From Pristiophorus japonicus (Eukaryota), in the NCBI RefSeq assembly GCF_044704955.1, contig NC_091982.1, positions 166,532,001-166,596,000 of the forward strand: 64,000 nucleotides of DNA, written 5' to 3'. Below, one piece after another: positions 21,619-34,300 of this stretch (positions are counted from its first letter, which is position 1; each line of letters opens with the position of its first letter). A program made the position numbers and the translations under genes. The notes under the pieces were generated by a model. It saw only the letters and a program-made list of their open reading frames with translations, searched no databases and was not told the origin of the DNA.

Positions 21619-24600
21619 TAAATGGGATAAAAGTTCCATGAGGGAGGGCAGTGGACCATGCAGCAACCAAGGTGCACACATTGCTGACCATGTGACTGAT
21701 AGGCATTTGTCTAGTTACGAACTTGTAACATAGTTCCATCCAGTGGACTACTGTGGTAATGCAACCATTGCTGTTTACAACAATAAAGAGAGAACAGGTC
21801 ACCTGATAGATTTCTGACAGGTTCCTAAAGTTCTCAGTCATCTTCTTTGTAAGGTCGTACAGAAGATATCACATTGGCGATGAAGGATAGGATTTCTCTA
21901 TAACCTAGCTGAAATTTTTGTTGGTGGATGATTAAGCCACAGAGAGACTTTGAGGCCTTTTTGTTTTGATTAGCAGCTTTAAAAAAATCCAAGGTAAATT
22001 ATAAGCACACTTGGCTGAACTACCAAAGTCCAGATGGCCGCACCTATAGGAATAATGGGGCGCTTGGGTGAGTTCCAACATAACCGAGAGACTTTTGGAG
22101 CATATGTGGAGCGTCTAGAATTGTTTTTCACCGCAAATAGTATAATCAATGATGAAAACCGTAACCGGGAAGCATTGGAAAGAAAACGGGCTCTTTTCGT
22201 AACTGAAGCAGACCCCAAGTTGTATGAAACTCTGAAAAATTTGCTTGTTCCCGTCAAGCCAAAGGACACATCACTCAGCACTACAGTCATGAGCCCCTGG
22301 AAATTGCTGAAAGTTATCGTTTCAGAATATGAGATCAATTAACAGATGAAAGTATCAGTGAGTACATTGTAGCATTTAAAAAGCTATCTATTCACTGTCA
22401 TTTCAGAAAATTTCAGGACCGAGCATTGAGTGACCGCTTTGTTTGTGGGATTAAAAATGAAGCAATCAGAAGAAAGTTATTGACAACGCCGAAATTGACT
22501 TTTGATTTAGCTTGTCAGACATCTATGTCAATTGATATGGCCGACCAATATTCCTGAGAATTTCGTACAATTTCCAGTCGTCAGACAACTGAGGTGAATC
22601 ACCTGCAGGTTAAAAGTAAAAGGCAGTTGGGCCTCAGCAACTGGCCAAGATAACAGCACATTGAAGTCATGTTATCGGTGCCTGGGACAACACATTGCTC
22701 AACGTTGTCCATATGTGAAGGCAGATTGTTTCTTCTGCAGGAAAACTGGGCATCTTGCGAAGGCATGCCAACTGAAGAGTAAACCAACTTTCAAGGTCAT
22801 AAGTAGAAATCCCCAGAGACTACATAGCCTGGAAGAGAAGCAACAGGACAAAGAAATACACCTCATCAGGAGCTCAAGGGTACCTAACAGTGATTCAAAA
22901 AGTGCCATCATCCACATGGACAGTGCAGGAACCAGGATACCCATGGAAATTGACACTGGTGCATCCGTGAATGTAGTACTGTAGTCGCTATACCTCGGCA
23001 AATTACGTAATTTCTCATTGGAGAAATCCAAGATAGAGCTGCGAGGCTACTTGGGAGAGAACATTCCTGTGGTAGGTCGTTTCACCATACCAGTGAAATA
23101 GAAAGATCAGTTTCAGAGCTTGCCTTTCTTAGTCGTGGCAGGAGACAAACCAAACCTGCCTTACGAGGAAGAAATTGGTTGGGATCACTGAAACTGGATT
23201 GGACAGAGGTTTTTCATGTTGAAACGAGATTTGCATCGAAGGATGATATCACTAAGAAGTATCCAAAGGTGTTCTGCAAAACAGGCAGTCCGATCCAAGG
23301 CTTCACAGTGAGTGTCAGGGTACATAAGGACGCTAGACCAGTTTACTGCAAGCCACGTCCTGTACCATATGCACTCAAGGAGAAAGTTGAGAAAGAACTC
23401 AAAAGACTAGAGACTGAGAACATTATCTCTAAGATAGATCTTTGTAATTGGGCTACACCCATTGTTGTTGTACCCTAGTCCGATGGTAATATAAGATTGT
23501 GTGGTGATTATAAAGTAACCGTAAACCAAGTTCGAGAGGGTAATCTCCCCAATACATTGCCAAATGTAGATCTGTTCACAATGCTGACAGGTGGTCAGAT
23601 CTTCTCAAAGTTAGATCTCACAAATGCCTACTTACAACTTGAACTAGATGAGGAGTCCAAGTCATGTTTGACTATAAATACTCATCTAGGCCAATATCAA
23701 TTTAATAGCCTATCATTTGGAGTGCCTTCCACCCCTGCCATAATCCAACGGGTGATGAACCAGATTTTGCAAGGTATTGAAAGGGTAGTTTGTTATTTAG
23801 ATGACATACGAATTTCAGCACCAAACAGGCAAATCCATAATAACATATTGAATGAAGTGCTCAATCGGCTAGAGAAGCACAGAATACGAATGTCTGCTCA
23901 CAAGTTTGAGTTATTTAAAAACTCAGTGGAGTACTTGGGGCACGGAGTAGACAAAGATGGTTTACATCCAACCATGGAAAAGTGGATGCAATCAGAAATG
24001 CACCCACTCCCAAGAATGTCACTGAATTTCGATCATTTTTCGGTCTTTTGAACGATTGTGGGAAGTTCCTACCAAATTTAGTTACAGTGTTACATCCACT
24101 GAATGAACTGTTGAAAAAACAGGTCCATTGGAAGTGGTCAGAAGAATGTGATACAGCATTCAAGGAGTGTAAAAGCCAATTGGTAGAGAACACCATGTTA
24201 GTTCACTATGACATATCTAAGGAGATCGAGCGAGCATGTGACGCCTCTCCATATAGAGTTAGGGCAGTGATCTCTCATGTATTACATAGTGGGGAGGAGA
24301 GACCAATTGCTTTTGCTTCACACACTCAGTGCCATTGAGCGTAATTATGCGCAAATCAAAAGGGAAGTTTTGGCTTTAATTTTTGGGGTCAAGAAGTTCC
24401 ACAAATACTTGTATGGTCGTAAGTTTACCATCGTTACGGAACACAAATCCCTGACAGCAATCCTCCATCCAAAGTTCCCAGTTCCAACATTAGCTGCAGC
24501 CTGGATACAGAGATGGGCTTTGATTTTGTCAGCATATACATATGATATTGAATACAGATGATCAGCTGATCACAGTAATGCTGATACTATGTCTAGATTG

Positions 24601-24700
24601 CCTTCCCCATCACACATTACACCCGATAGGGAAGAAGTGTTCTATTTTTCATACATTGATGAATTAAAGAGAGTGGTAGAGCAACCAAACGTGACTTACT

Positions 24701-24846
24701 ACTAGGGGGATCAAGGGGTATGGCGAGAAAGCAGGAATGGGGTACTGAAGTTGCATGTTCAGCCATGAACTCATTGAATGGCGGTGCAGGCTAGAAGGGC
24801 CGAATGGCCTACTCCTGCACCTATTTTCTATGTTTCTATGTTTCTA
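24701..24846 (+). mobile_element. CR1 3' tail inserted in Gypsy A
   Basis: GGGCCGAATGGCCTACTCCTGC...(TTCTATGT)n. Confidence 0.85.
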
Positions 24847-25518
24847 AGTTATGTCAAAGGTGTATGATTACATCACAAATGGCTGGCCAAACTAGGTAAC
24901 AGAGAAAGATATTCATCCATACTTCTTTCGTAGGAATGAATTGTCCGTGGATAAAGATTGTATCATGTGGGGTACCAAATAAATTCAGGTCCAAATTATT
25001 AGGAGATCTTCATGTCCATCACCTGGGAATATGCTTGATCAAGAGTTTTGCACGTAGTTAATTATGGTGAACAGGTCTAGATAAAGATATAGGGCTAGAA
25101 CGTCCACTTTTGTGCTTATTGCCCAAAAATGGGCATTATTTCCAGAATGGGCATTAAAAAAGAGTTTTCAGATTGCTGGCTTCTCGCCCATTCTCAAAAC
25201 ACCTAGTTTCCATTTTTGAATATGGGCATTACCGCGAGCGATATCAAATGGGCGGCAGCGTTAAAACTCTCTGACCTTCTGCCGTAAAGTGTGGCTATCC
25301 TTAGCAACAGCATGGCAACGCTCGATTCCCGCATTCAGAAGGTCAAGAATCACCATGACATGCACAGAAGAGGAGACAGAGAGAGAGTGTGTGTGGCTAT
25401 GGTTGTGCTTGTCTGGCTGTTGTGGGAGCAACGATGGAGATTCACCAGTCGCAAAAAGCCTACTAAGCACCAAGAACATAGTTGGCACTGAGTTTTTGTC
25501 CGACAAATAAGATATAAC

Positions 25519-25875
25519 ATGGAAGGGATGGAGGAGGCCCTGGAGCTGGTAGTCAGGAAAACTGGTGACAGAGGGCTCCCAGTGGTCCGGGAGCACCGCA
25601 CTGCACCCCAAAATGACGCACCCCAATTACCAATTACACATGAGAGCCAGCAGCAACATCTTGCTTCTGTTTTGGAGCACATTCCCACCTCGGGACCGTC
25701 CTCTCCCGTAGCCGTCCAAGCAGCATTTCGGCCGACGCCGCCCACAATGAAGCATTGCCTGAGGACCTCATCAGCCAGGTTGTTTGGAGTCAGGAGAGGA
25801 AGGGGAAGGGGTAGAGGTGGGGAGGAGAAGCGGGGGCGAGGGGGTGGAAAGGGTTGGTTTGTACAGAACTACTGA
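25519..25875 (+). CDS. Short Harbinger partner ORF (118 aa, RG-rich end, no Myb domain)
   Basis: ATG-initiated and also open in the second copy (52909-53352). Coding status is unproven. Confidence 0.4.
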   Translation: MEGMEEALELVVRKTGDRGLPVVREHRTAPQNDAPQLPITHESQQQHLASVLEHIPTSGPSSPVAVQAAFRPTPPTMKHCLRTSSARLFGVRRGRGRGRGGEEKRGRGGGKGWFVQNY

Positions 25876-26107
25876 TGATTTCAGACTAATGTTCGGTTTA
25901 AATGTTTTTTATTTAACAAAACCTTGTAGCACATTGGCTCAGATAGCTGCACCATTACACGCTGGTGATTCCTTTACATCAAAGGGTATAATCACACTTA
26001 ACTTCTATCAACGTAAACTTTAACTGTCACCAAGGTGATGCCCACCATTGATGTATGACCTGCACACCCAGCAGTGTGTCAGCCTTGTAAATAACACCAA
26101 CCTTCTT

Positions 26108-27145
26108 TCAGGCAAAGCGATCATTGATGAGCTCCTGACCTAAGGCTCTTGCAGCTATCATGCCACCATGGGCCCTTTCATGCAGTCTACAGTGGGGCGG
26201 GGGCATGGCTTCAGCGTCAGCCTGAATGTCTGGGCCGATGTCAGCATCCGCCTCTTTGTTCTCCTCTTCCTCTCTCTGGTGAGGTGGGCTGTCAGACTCA
26301 TCAGGCAATTCTTGTCCCCTCCTGATAGCCAAGTTGTGCAGCATGGAGCACACCACCACGAATTGAGCTACCTGCTCAGAGTGGTATTGGAGCTCACCTC
26401 CTGAGTGTTCCAGGCATCTAAAGCGCTGCTTCGGCTCTCCAATCGTTTTCTCCATGATATTGCGAGTTGCTCTGTGACTCTCGTTGTATGGCTTTTCGGC
26501 TTCGGTGGGGGTGTCATGCAGGGGAATCATCAGCCAGGTGGCGAGGCCATATCCTTTGTCACCAAGCATCCAGCATTGACCTTGTGGCTCATTGTTAAAC
26601 AAATCAGATACAGTGCTCTCACGCAAGATGTGAGCACCATGGATGCTGCCCGGAAATTGAACATTCACTGCCAGTATAATTTGCTGGTGGTCGACAACCA
26701 GTTGGACATTCAGGGAGTGGAATCCCTTGCGGTTCCTGAAAACCTCTGCATCCTGAAAAGGTGTCCGCATCACGATGTGCGTACAGTCTATTGCTCTCTG
26801 CACCTTGGGGAAGTTTGCAATTCTGGAGAATCCTAGAGCCCTCTCACTTTGTGCCTCTCTGGTCATAGGGAAGCTGATCAAGTCCCTCCTGCGTGCGTAC
26901 AGGGCTTCAGTGACCTGTCTAATGCAGCGATGTGTGGCATGCTGAGAAAGTCCGCAAATGTCTTCAGCTGTGGCCTGAAAATAACCTGAGGCACAGAACG
27001 ACAGTGCCACTGTGATTTTGACCTCGACGAACAGTGCAGTACTGATAGTGCTGGAAGGCTGCAGATCTGCCCTTATCAGCTGGCATACCTCAGTGATAAC
27101 CTCTTTGTGGAAGCGCAGTCTCCGATGGCAGGTGGTGTTGGGCAA
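26108..27145 (-). CDS. HARBI1-like Harbinger transposase (345 open codons; 5' end probably frameshifted)
   Basis: AIDCTHI, FRNRKGFHSLNVQ, LGDKGY, IMEKTIG, CSMLHN. The usual HDA reads HGA here. Confidence 0.85.
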   Translation of the reverse strand: MPNTTCHRRLRFHKEVITEVCQLIRADLQPSSTISTALFVEVKITVALSFCASGYFQATAEDICGLSQHATHRCIRQVTEALYARRRDLISFPMTREAQSERALGFSRIANFPKVQRAIDCTHIVMRTPFQDAEVFRNRKGFHSLNVQLVVDHQQIILAVNVQFPGSIHGAHILRESTVSDLFNNEPQGQCWMLGDKGYGLATWLMIPLHDTPTEAEKPYNESHRATRNIMEKTIGEPKQRFRCLEHSGGELQYHSEQVAQFVVVCSMLHNLAIRRGQELPDESDSPPHQREEEENKEADADIGPDIQADAEAMPPPHCRLHERAHGGMIAARALGQELINDRFA

Positions 27146-28570
27146 GTCGAGGTAAGAATGCTTCTCCTTGTACTTGCAAGGGGTGTAACGTCAAATCCTC
27201 CTCATCTGTCTGTCACATCTTACATTGGACACATAATGCAGTGCAGCATTCCTTTGGCGATGTCGAGTCTGCTACATATAATTGGTCAGCAAGAGAGGTT
27301 GAGAAAGGACAGGCCCCATTGCAGTAGCTACTGTTTTCCACCGATTGATCACAAACAAGGAATGTCCCGACGAAGACACCTCTTCAATTCCAATCAGTCA
27401 CAGTATGGTCAAAATGTTTTTACAGATGTTCACATCAACTCCAACGACCTGCAGAGTACATCCGAACTCCGCCGAGGTTTGAGGCACAGCAGCCTTTTAA
27501 AGGACGCGATATGTGATCTACAACATGGCGTCCATGTGCTGTGATTCGTTCCGGTTAGTTGCACTTTTTCTGGGCGTTTGTTTTGGGCAAGCGATATTGT
27601 GGGCGATATGTTTGCGAGGTGGTGAAATTGACGCAGGGCGATCTCATGGTCGCTAGTTTCGGTGAATATGCTCTTTATGAAAAAAAACAGTGGGCAGTTG
27701 TTAATATTGAATCTTGGAGTTAAATCCGTGCGGAAAGTAATGCTGGGCGGTATTATGGGCATTGAATTCGCCCATTCTGCTGATTCCTCCCCAAAAAAGT
27801 GGGCGGGCGGTAATATTTTTTTCCGGTGTTAAGCACATGGGTTAACTAACGCTCGGCAATAAGTTTCCGAAAAATGCCCGCAAGTTTCCATTTTGTGCCA
27901 AAATGGGCGATATATGGGCATTATACATCACTTCACCAGTAAAATGGGCGTCAAGTAGGCATAAAGCATGCAAAAAAAGTGGAGGTTCTAGCCCATTTAG
28001 TACTTTGTTAGTCAGTGTACCACATGGCAATTGATAAGCAAGAAACCACCATCAGTGCCATTACAGCCTTGGAAATGGCCTTCCAGGGCATGGCTAAGGC
28101 TACATATCGATTTTGCTGAGCCAGAAGGACAGCAATTGTTCATTGTGATTGATAGCCATTCGAAGTGGGCAGAGGTTTTTCCTATGCAGAAAATAACAAC
28201 GAGTAAAACATTAGACATTTTGCAAAGATTATTTTCTTTATATGGCCACCCAGAAGAAATTGTATCTGATAATGGACCATAATTTTTTTCAGATGAATGT
28301 GCACAGTTTACAAGCAAAAATTGTGTAAAACATTTAAAGGTTCCACCGTACCACCCTGCTTCAAATGGTGCAGCAGAGCACACAGTACAACTTATAAAAC
28401 ATGCCCACATCAAACAGATGTTGGATCCAAATCCAAAGGAATGACAGTTGTCATTGGACCACAAATTGGCTAATTTTCTAATTATGTATCTCCTCATACA
28501 ACTACCAGCAGAGTTGTTTCTCAAACGACAACCACAAACTTGGCACAGTCCGTAGAAGAGAAACAATTAA

Positions 28571-30975
28571 GAACATAAGAACATAAGAAATAGGAGCAGG
28601 AGTAGGCTATATGGCTCCTCGAGCCTGCTCCGCCAATCAAGAAGATCATAGCTGACCTGATCATGGACTCAGCTCCACTTCCCTGCCTACTCCCCATAAC
28701 ACTTTACTCCCTTTTCGCTCAAAAGTCTGTCTATCTCCACCTTAAATATATTGAATGACCCAGCCTCCACAGCTCTCTAGGGCAGAGAATTCCATAGATT
28801 TACAATCATCTGAGAGAAGAAATTTCTCCTCATCTCTGTTTTAAATGTGCGGCCCCTCATTCTAAGACTATGTCCCCTAGTTTTAGTTTCACCTATGAGT
28901 GGAAATATCCTCTCTGCATCCACCTTGTCGAGCCCTCTCATTATCTTATAAGTTTCAATTAGATCACCTCTCATTCTTCTGAACTCCAATGTGTATAGGC
29001 CCAACCTACTCAACCTATCTTCATAAGTCAACCCCCTCATCTCCGGAATCAAACTAGTGAACCTTCTCTTAACAGCCTCCAATGCAAGTATATCCTCCCT
29101 TATATATGGAGACCAAAATTGTATGCAGTACTCTCGGTGTGGCCTCATCAATACCCTGTACAGTTGTAGCAGGACTTCTCTGCTTTTATACTCTATCCCC
29201 CTTGCAATAAAGGCCAACATTCCATTTGCCTTCATGATTACTTGCTGTAGCTGCATACTAACTTTTTGTGTTTCATGCACAAGGACCCCCAGATCTCTCT
29301 GTACTGCAGCACTTTGCAATTTATAATTTACTTTTCTATTATTTCTGCCAAAGTGGATCGTCTCACAGTTTCTCACATTATTTTCCCAGTTTCTTAAACG
29401 ATAAGGGGATAAGGGGTTATGGGGAGGGGGCAGAGAAGTGGAGCTGAGTCCATGATCAGATCAGCCATGATCTTATTGATTGGCGGAGCAGGCTCGAGGA
29501 GCCGTATGGCCTACTCCTGCTCCTATTTCTTATGTTCGGATGTTCTTATACGCCATCTGCCAAATTTTTGCCCACTCTATATCCCTTTGTAGATTTTTTG
29601 TGTCTTCCTCACAATTTGCTTTCCTACCCATCTTTGTATCATCAGCAAACTTGGCTGCATTGCACTTGGTCCCTTCATCCAAGTCATTAATATAGATTGT
29701 AAATAGTTGAGGACCCAGTACCGATCCCTGCAGCACACTAATAGTCACCGCTTGCCAACTGGAAAATTACCCATTTATCCCGACTCTCTATTTTCTGTTA
29801 GTTAGCCAATCCTCTATCGATGCTAATATATTATCCCCAACTCCGTGAGCTTTTACCTTGTGCAGTAACCTCTTATGTGGCACCTTAACGAGTGCCTTCT
29901 GGAAATCCAAATACACAACATCCACTGGTTCCCCCTTACCTATCCTCGTTACATCCTGAAAGAACTCCAGCAAATTTGTTAAACATGATTTCCCTTTCAT
30001 AAAACCATGCTGACTCTGCTTGATTGAATCATGCTTTTCTAAATGTCCCACTACTGCTTCCTTAATAATGGACTCCAGCATTTTCCCAACGACAGATGTT
30101 AGGCTAACTGGTCTATAGTTTCCTGCTTTTTGTCTGCCTCCTTATTTAAATAGGGGCGTTAGATTTGTGGTTTTTCAATCTGCTAGGACCGTCCCAGAAT
30201 CATGGGAATTTTGGTAGATTACAACCAATGCATCCACTATCTCTGCAGACACTTCTTTTAAGATCCTAGGATGTAAGGCATCAGGTCCAGGGGATTTTGT
30301 CCGCCTTTAGTCCCATTATTTTACCAAATACTACTTCATCAGTGATAGTGATTGTATTTAGTTCCTCCCTACCTATAGTCCCTTGATTATCCACTATTGG
30401 GATGTTTTAGTGTCTTCTACCGTGAAGACCGATATAAAATATTTGTTCAATGTCTCTGCCGTTTCCCTGTTCTCCATTATTAATTCCCCAGTCTCATCCT
30501 CCAGGGGACCAACATTTACTTTTGCCACTCTTTTCCTTTTTATGTACCTGTAGAAACTCTTACTGTTTTTATATTTCATGCTAGTTTACTTTCATAATCT
30601 ATCTTCCCTCTCTCAATCATTTCTTTAGTCGTTCTCTGCTGGCTTTTAAAAATTTCCCAATTCTCTGGTCTCCCACTAGTCAATGACACATTGTATGCCT
30701 TTGTTTTCAATTTGATACCCTCCCTTATGTCCTTAGATAACCATGGATGCTTATCCCTTTCTCTTTCCTTCTCATTGGGATATATTTTTGATGCGAGTTA
30801 TGAAATATCTCCTTAAATGTCTGCCACTGCTCATCAACCGTCCCATTCTTTAGTCTATTTTCCCAGTCCATTTTAGCCAACTCTGCCCGCATACTTTTGT
30901 AGTCTCCTTTATTTAAACTTAGGACCCTGGTTTGAGAGCCAACTTCTCACCCTCCAGCTGAATTTGAAATTCAAC
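28571..30975 (-). mobile_element. CR1 LINE inserted in Gypsy A; carries an uninterrupted Tx1 target 18-mer
   Basis: (AAGAACAT)n tail at the left end; [39 protein letters not shown]. Confidence 0.93.
29390..29549 (+). mobile_element. Short CR1 3' tail inserted antisense into a CR1
   Basis: GGCCTACTCCTGCTCCTATTTCTTATGTTC, opposite to the host orientation. Confidence 0.82.
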
Positions 30976-31392
30976 CTATTATGGACGGAAACCAAATCAT
31001 AATAGAGGTAGAGTAAAAGAGAGAAGTGTGAAATTAAATCAGAAGTTTAGAGTGAAGAACAATCACCATAATGGTTAAATTGGTTACCAGGAAGAGTGGT
31101 GAAGATATGTGGTCCTCACACATATTTAGTCAAGGTGTTTGATCATGGACAGGTTAGATTTGTTCACATTGATCATATTTTACCTCCAGATATGGAAAGA
31201 GTTGAAAGTTGGAATGATTCGATTATTTCTGACTCATTACATAGTCCTATAACAAGTACAGTGCCAGTAGCATATCCTACATCAAATGTACTAGAAACAA
31301 GTCTAAGCAAAAGTCAGAATTTAATTCTGAGTCCAAATCAGGCAGACAAACAGTTTGAAGTTGTAGAGTTCAAATGTAAATCAAGGGCATCC

Positions 31393-34300
31393 TGTTATGT
31401 ATGTAACCCTTGGCAACCTGTATCACACCACCACCAGAGGGCCTACCTGTTGGACTCCCAAGGGATCTCAGTATCCCTTGGGAGCACGGAATATAAACAG
31501 ACCTCCTACGCTGTACCAGCACTCTGGAGTTTATTTAAAGGAGCTAAGGTCACACTTACTCATTGCAAATAGTACTCAGTTGTATCCTTTATTATGAACG
31601 TAAAAATTGGCGATGAGGTTACAAACAACCAAACGAAAATGCAAAGTACTGTTGGTATCCTGGAAGGGGACAATTGGGAGGCCTTCGTGGAGCGACTCGA
31701 CCTACTTCATGGCCAATGAGCTTGAAGCGGACAAGAACGCTGCCAAACGAAGAGAAATCCTCCTTACCATCTGTGGGGCAACAACCTATGGCCTCATGAA
31801 GAATCTTCTACATCCAGTGAAACCAACAACCAAATCCTATGAAGAATTGTGTACGCTGGTCCGGGAGTACCTAAATCCGAAGGAAAGCATTTTGATGGCG
31901 AGGTATCGGTTCTACACGTGTCAACGGTCGGAAGGCCAGGAAGAAGCGAGCTATGTTGCCGAACTAAGGCGCATTGCAGGATATTGCGAATTCGATGGAT
32001 TCCTTGAACAAATGCTAAGAGACTTTTTTGTACTTGGCATTGGCTATGAGGTTATCCTTCACAAACTATTGACTGTTCAAACACCGAACCTGAGCAAAGC
32101 CATAACGATAGCCCAGGCATTTATGTCCACCATCGATAACACCAAACAAATTTCGCAGCATAGAGGTTTCAGCTTGTACTGTACACAAAGTAACGTCGTT
32201 TTCAAGCAGGAATGTACATGGCAGAACATACACGCCGGCAGCTGCACGACCTCAGATGACCCAGATTCTGCCATCAATCGTGAATGCGAGGTAGTTAACA
32301 CCTTGTTGGCGCTGTGGAGGTGATCATCGAACCCATCAATGCCACTTCAAATACTACATGTGCAAAGGCAATGGGACACCTCCAGTGAATGTGCAGACGA
32401 GCTGCAAACCCTGCAAACTACCACGTTGCAGAGGAAGATCGATATGGTGGATCAGGCTGAATTGGAGACTCGAACCGAGGAGGCAGAAGTGTACAGTATA
32501 CACAGCTTCACCATGAAATGTCCATCGATCATGTTAAAAGTTGAACTGAATGGACTTCCATTATTCATGGAACTGGACACGGGTGCGAGTCAGTCTATAA
32601 TGAGCAAAAAGGCCTTCGACAGGCTGTGGCGCAACAAGGCACACAGGCCCAAGCTTAGCCCCATTCACACCAAGCTCAGAACTTACACCAAAGAGCTGAT
32701 CCCTGTTATTGGCAGTGCACAAACTCCCACGAAGGATTGTACCAGAGGATGGCTCCACACTGTTTGGCAGAAGCTGGCTGGGAAAAATCCGCTGGAACTG
32801 GGACGACATACAAGTGCTTTCGTCCGTTACCGACGCCTCATGTGCCCAGATTCTGAGCAGATTCCCGTCGTTGTTTGAGCCAGGCATTGGAAGTTTCTCG
32901 GGGCGAAGGTGCAGATCCACTTGGTTCCCGGTACACGACCCATCCACCACAAGGCACGGGCGGTACCATATATGATGTGAGAGAAAGTGGAAATTGAGCT
33001 GGATAGGCTGCAGCGAGAAGGCATCATCAAGCCGGTGGAGTTCAATGAGTGGGCCAGTCTGATTGTCCCGGTTTTCAAAGACGACGACACAGTCAGAATT
33101 TGTGGTGACTATAAATTAACGATTAACCGTTTTTCTCTACAGGACAAATTTACCCAGAGCAACCGACCTATTTGCGACCCTGGCTGGAGGAAAGATGTTC
33201 ACCAAGTTGGACCTGACCTCAGCCTACATGATGCAGGAGCTGGCGGAATCTTCGAAAGGCCTCACCTGCATCAACACGCACAAAGTTCTGTTCATCTGTA
33301 ACAGATGCCCGTTTGGGATTCGTTCGGCCGCGGCAATTTTCCAACAGAACATGGAGAGCCTGCTAAAGTTGGTTCCATGCACCGTGGTTTTCCAGGACGA
33401 CATACTGGTCACAGGTCGGGACACCATTGAACACTTGAAGAATCTGGAAGAGGTTCTAAGTCGGCTAGATCGTGTGGGACTCAGGTTGAAAGGCTCGCAG
33501 TGTGTTTTCCTGGCGCCAGAGGTCGAGTTCTTAGGAGGAAGAATCATGGCAGACGGCATCAGACCAACCGACGCCAAGACGGAGGCCATCAAGAACGTGT
33601 CGAGACCACAGAACGTTATGGAGCTGCGTTCGTTCCTGGGACTCCTCAACTATTTCGGTAATTTCCTACCCGGGTTAAGCACCTTGCTAGAACCCCTACA
33701 TGTGCTACTGCGCAAGGGAGATGACAGGGTATGAGGGAAATCACAAGAAGCTGCTTTTGAAAAAGCCAGAAATTTGTTATGTTCCAACAAACTGCTTGTT
33801 CTGTATAACCCATGTAAACGATTAGTGCTAGCTTGCGATGCATCGTCTTATGGAGTCGAGTGTGTGTTACAACAGGCTAATGAATCGGGAACATTGCAAC
33901 CGGTCGCCTATGCGTCCAAGAGTTTGTCCAAGGCCGAAAGGGCTTACAGCACGATGAAAAAGAAGCTCTGGCATGCATTTACGGGGTGAAAAAAATGCAC
34001 CAGTACCTATTTGGTCTCATGTTTGAGCTAGAAACTGACCATAAGCCGCTCATATCGCTATTATCAGAGAGCAAAGGGATTAACACCAATGCTTCTGCCT
34101 GCATCCAAAGATGGGCGCTCACGCTGTCAGCATACAACTATGTAATTCGCCACAGACCAGGCACAGAGAACTACGCTGATGTTCTCAGTCAGCTACCATT
34201 GCCCACCACCAGGGTGGAAATTGCACAGCCTGCAGACTTGCTCTTGGTGATGGATGCATTCGAAAACTAAAAGTCACCTGTTACGGCCCACCAGATCAGG

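Larger units (their letters stand above)
15606..21720 (+). mobile_element. Degraded PIF/Harbinger transposon, interrupted by a CR1 and a Gypsy element
   Basis: Probable TIR GGGGCCGAAATTG. The transposase frame ...SYMDL|NDDQCLQRL is split by the CR1. A convergent partner gene follows. Confidence 0.75.
25092..27994 (-). mobile_element. Compact 2.9-kb Harbinger element (copy 1) inside the Gypsy A integrase
   Basis: TIRs GGGCTAGAAC.TCCACTTTT / AAAAGTGGAGGTTCTAGCCC. Flanks ATA and ATT (imperfect 3-bp TSD). Homologous, inverted, to 50882-53787. Confidence 0.9.
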
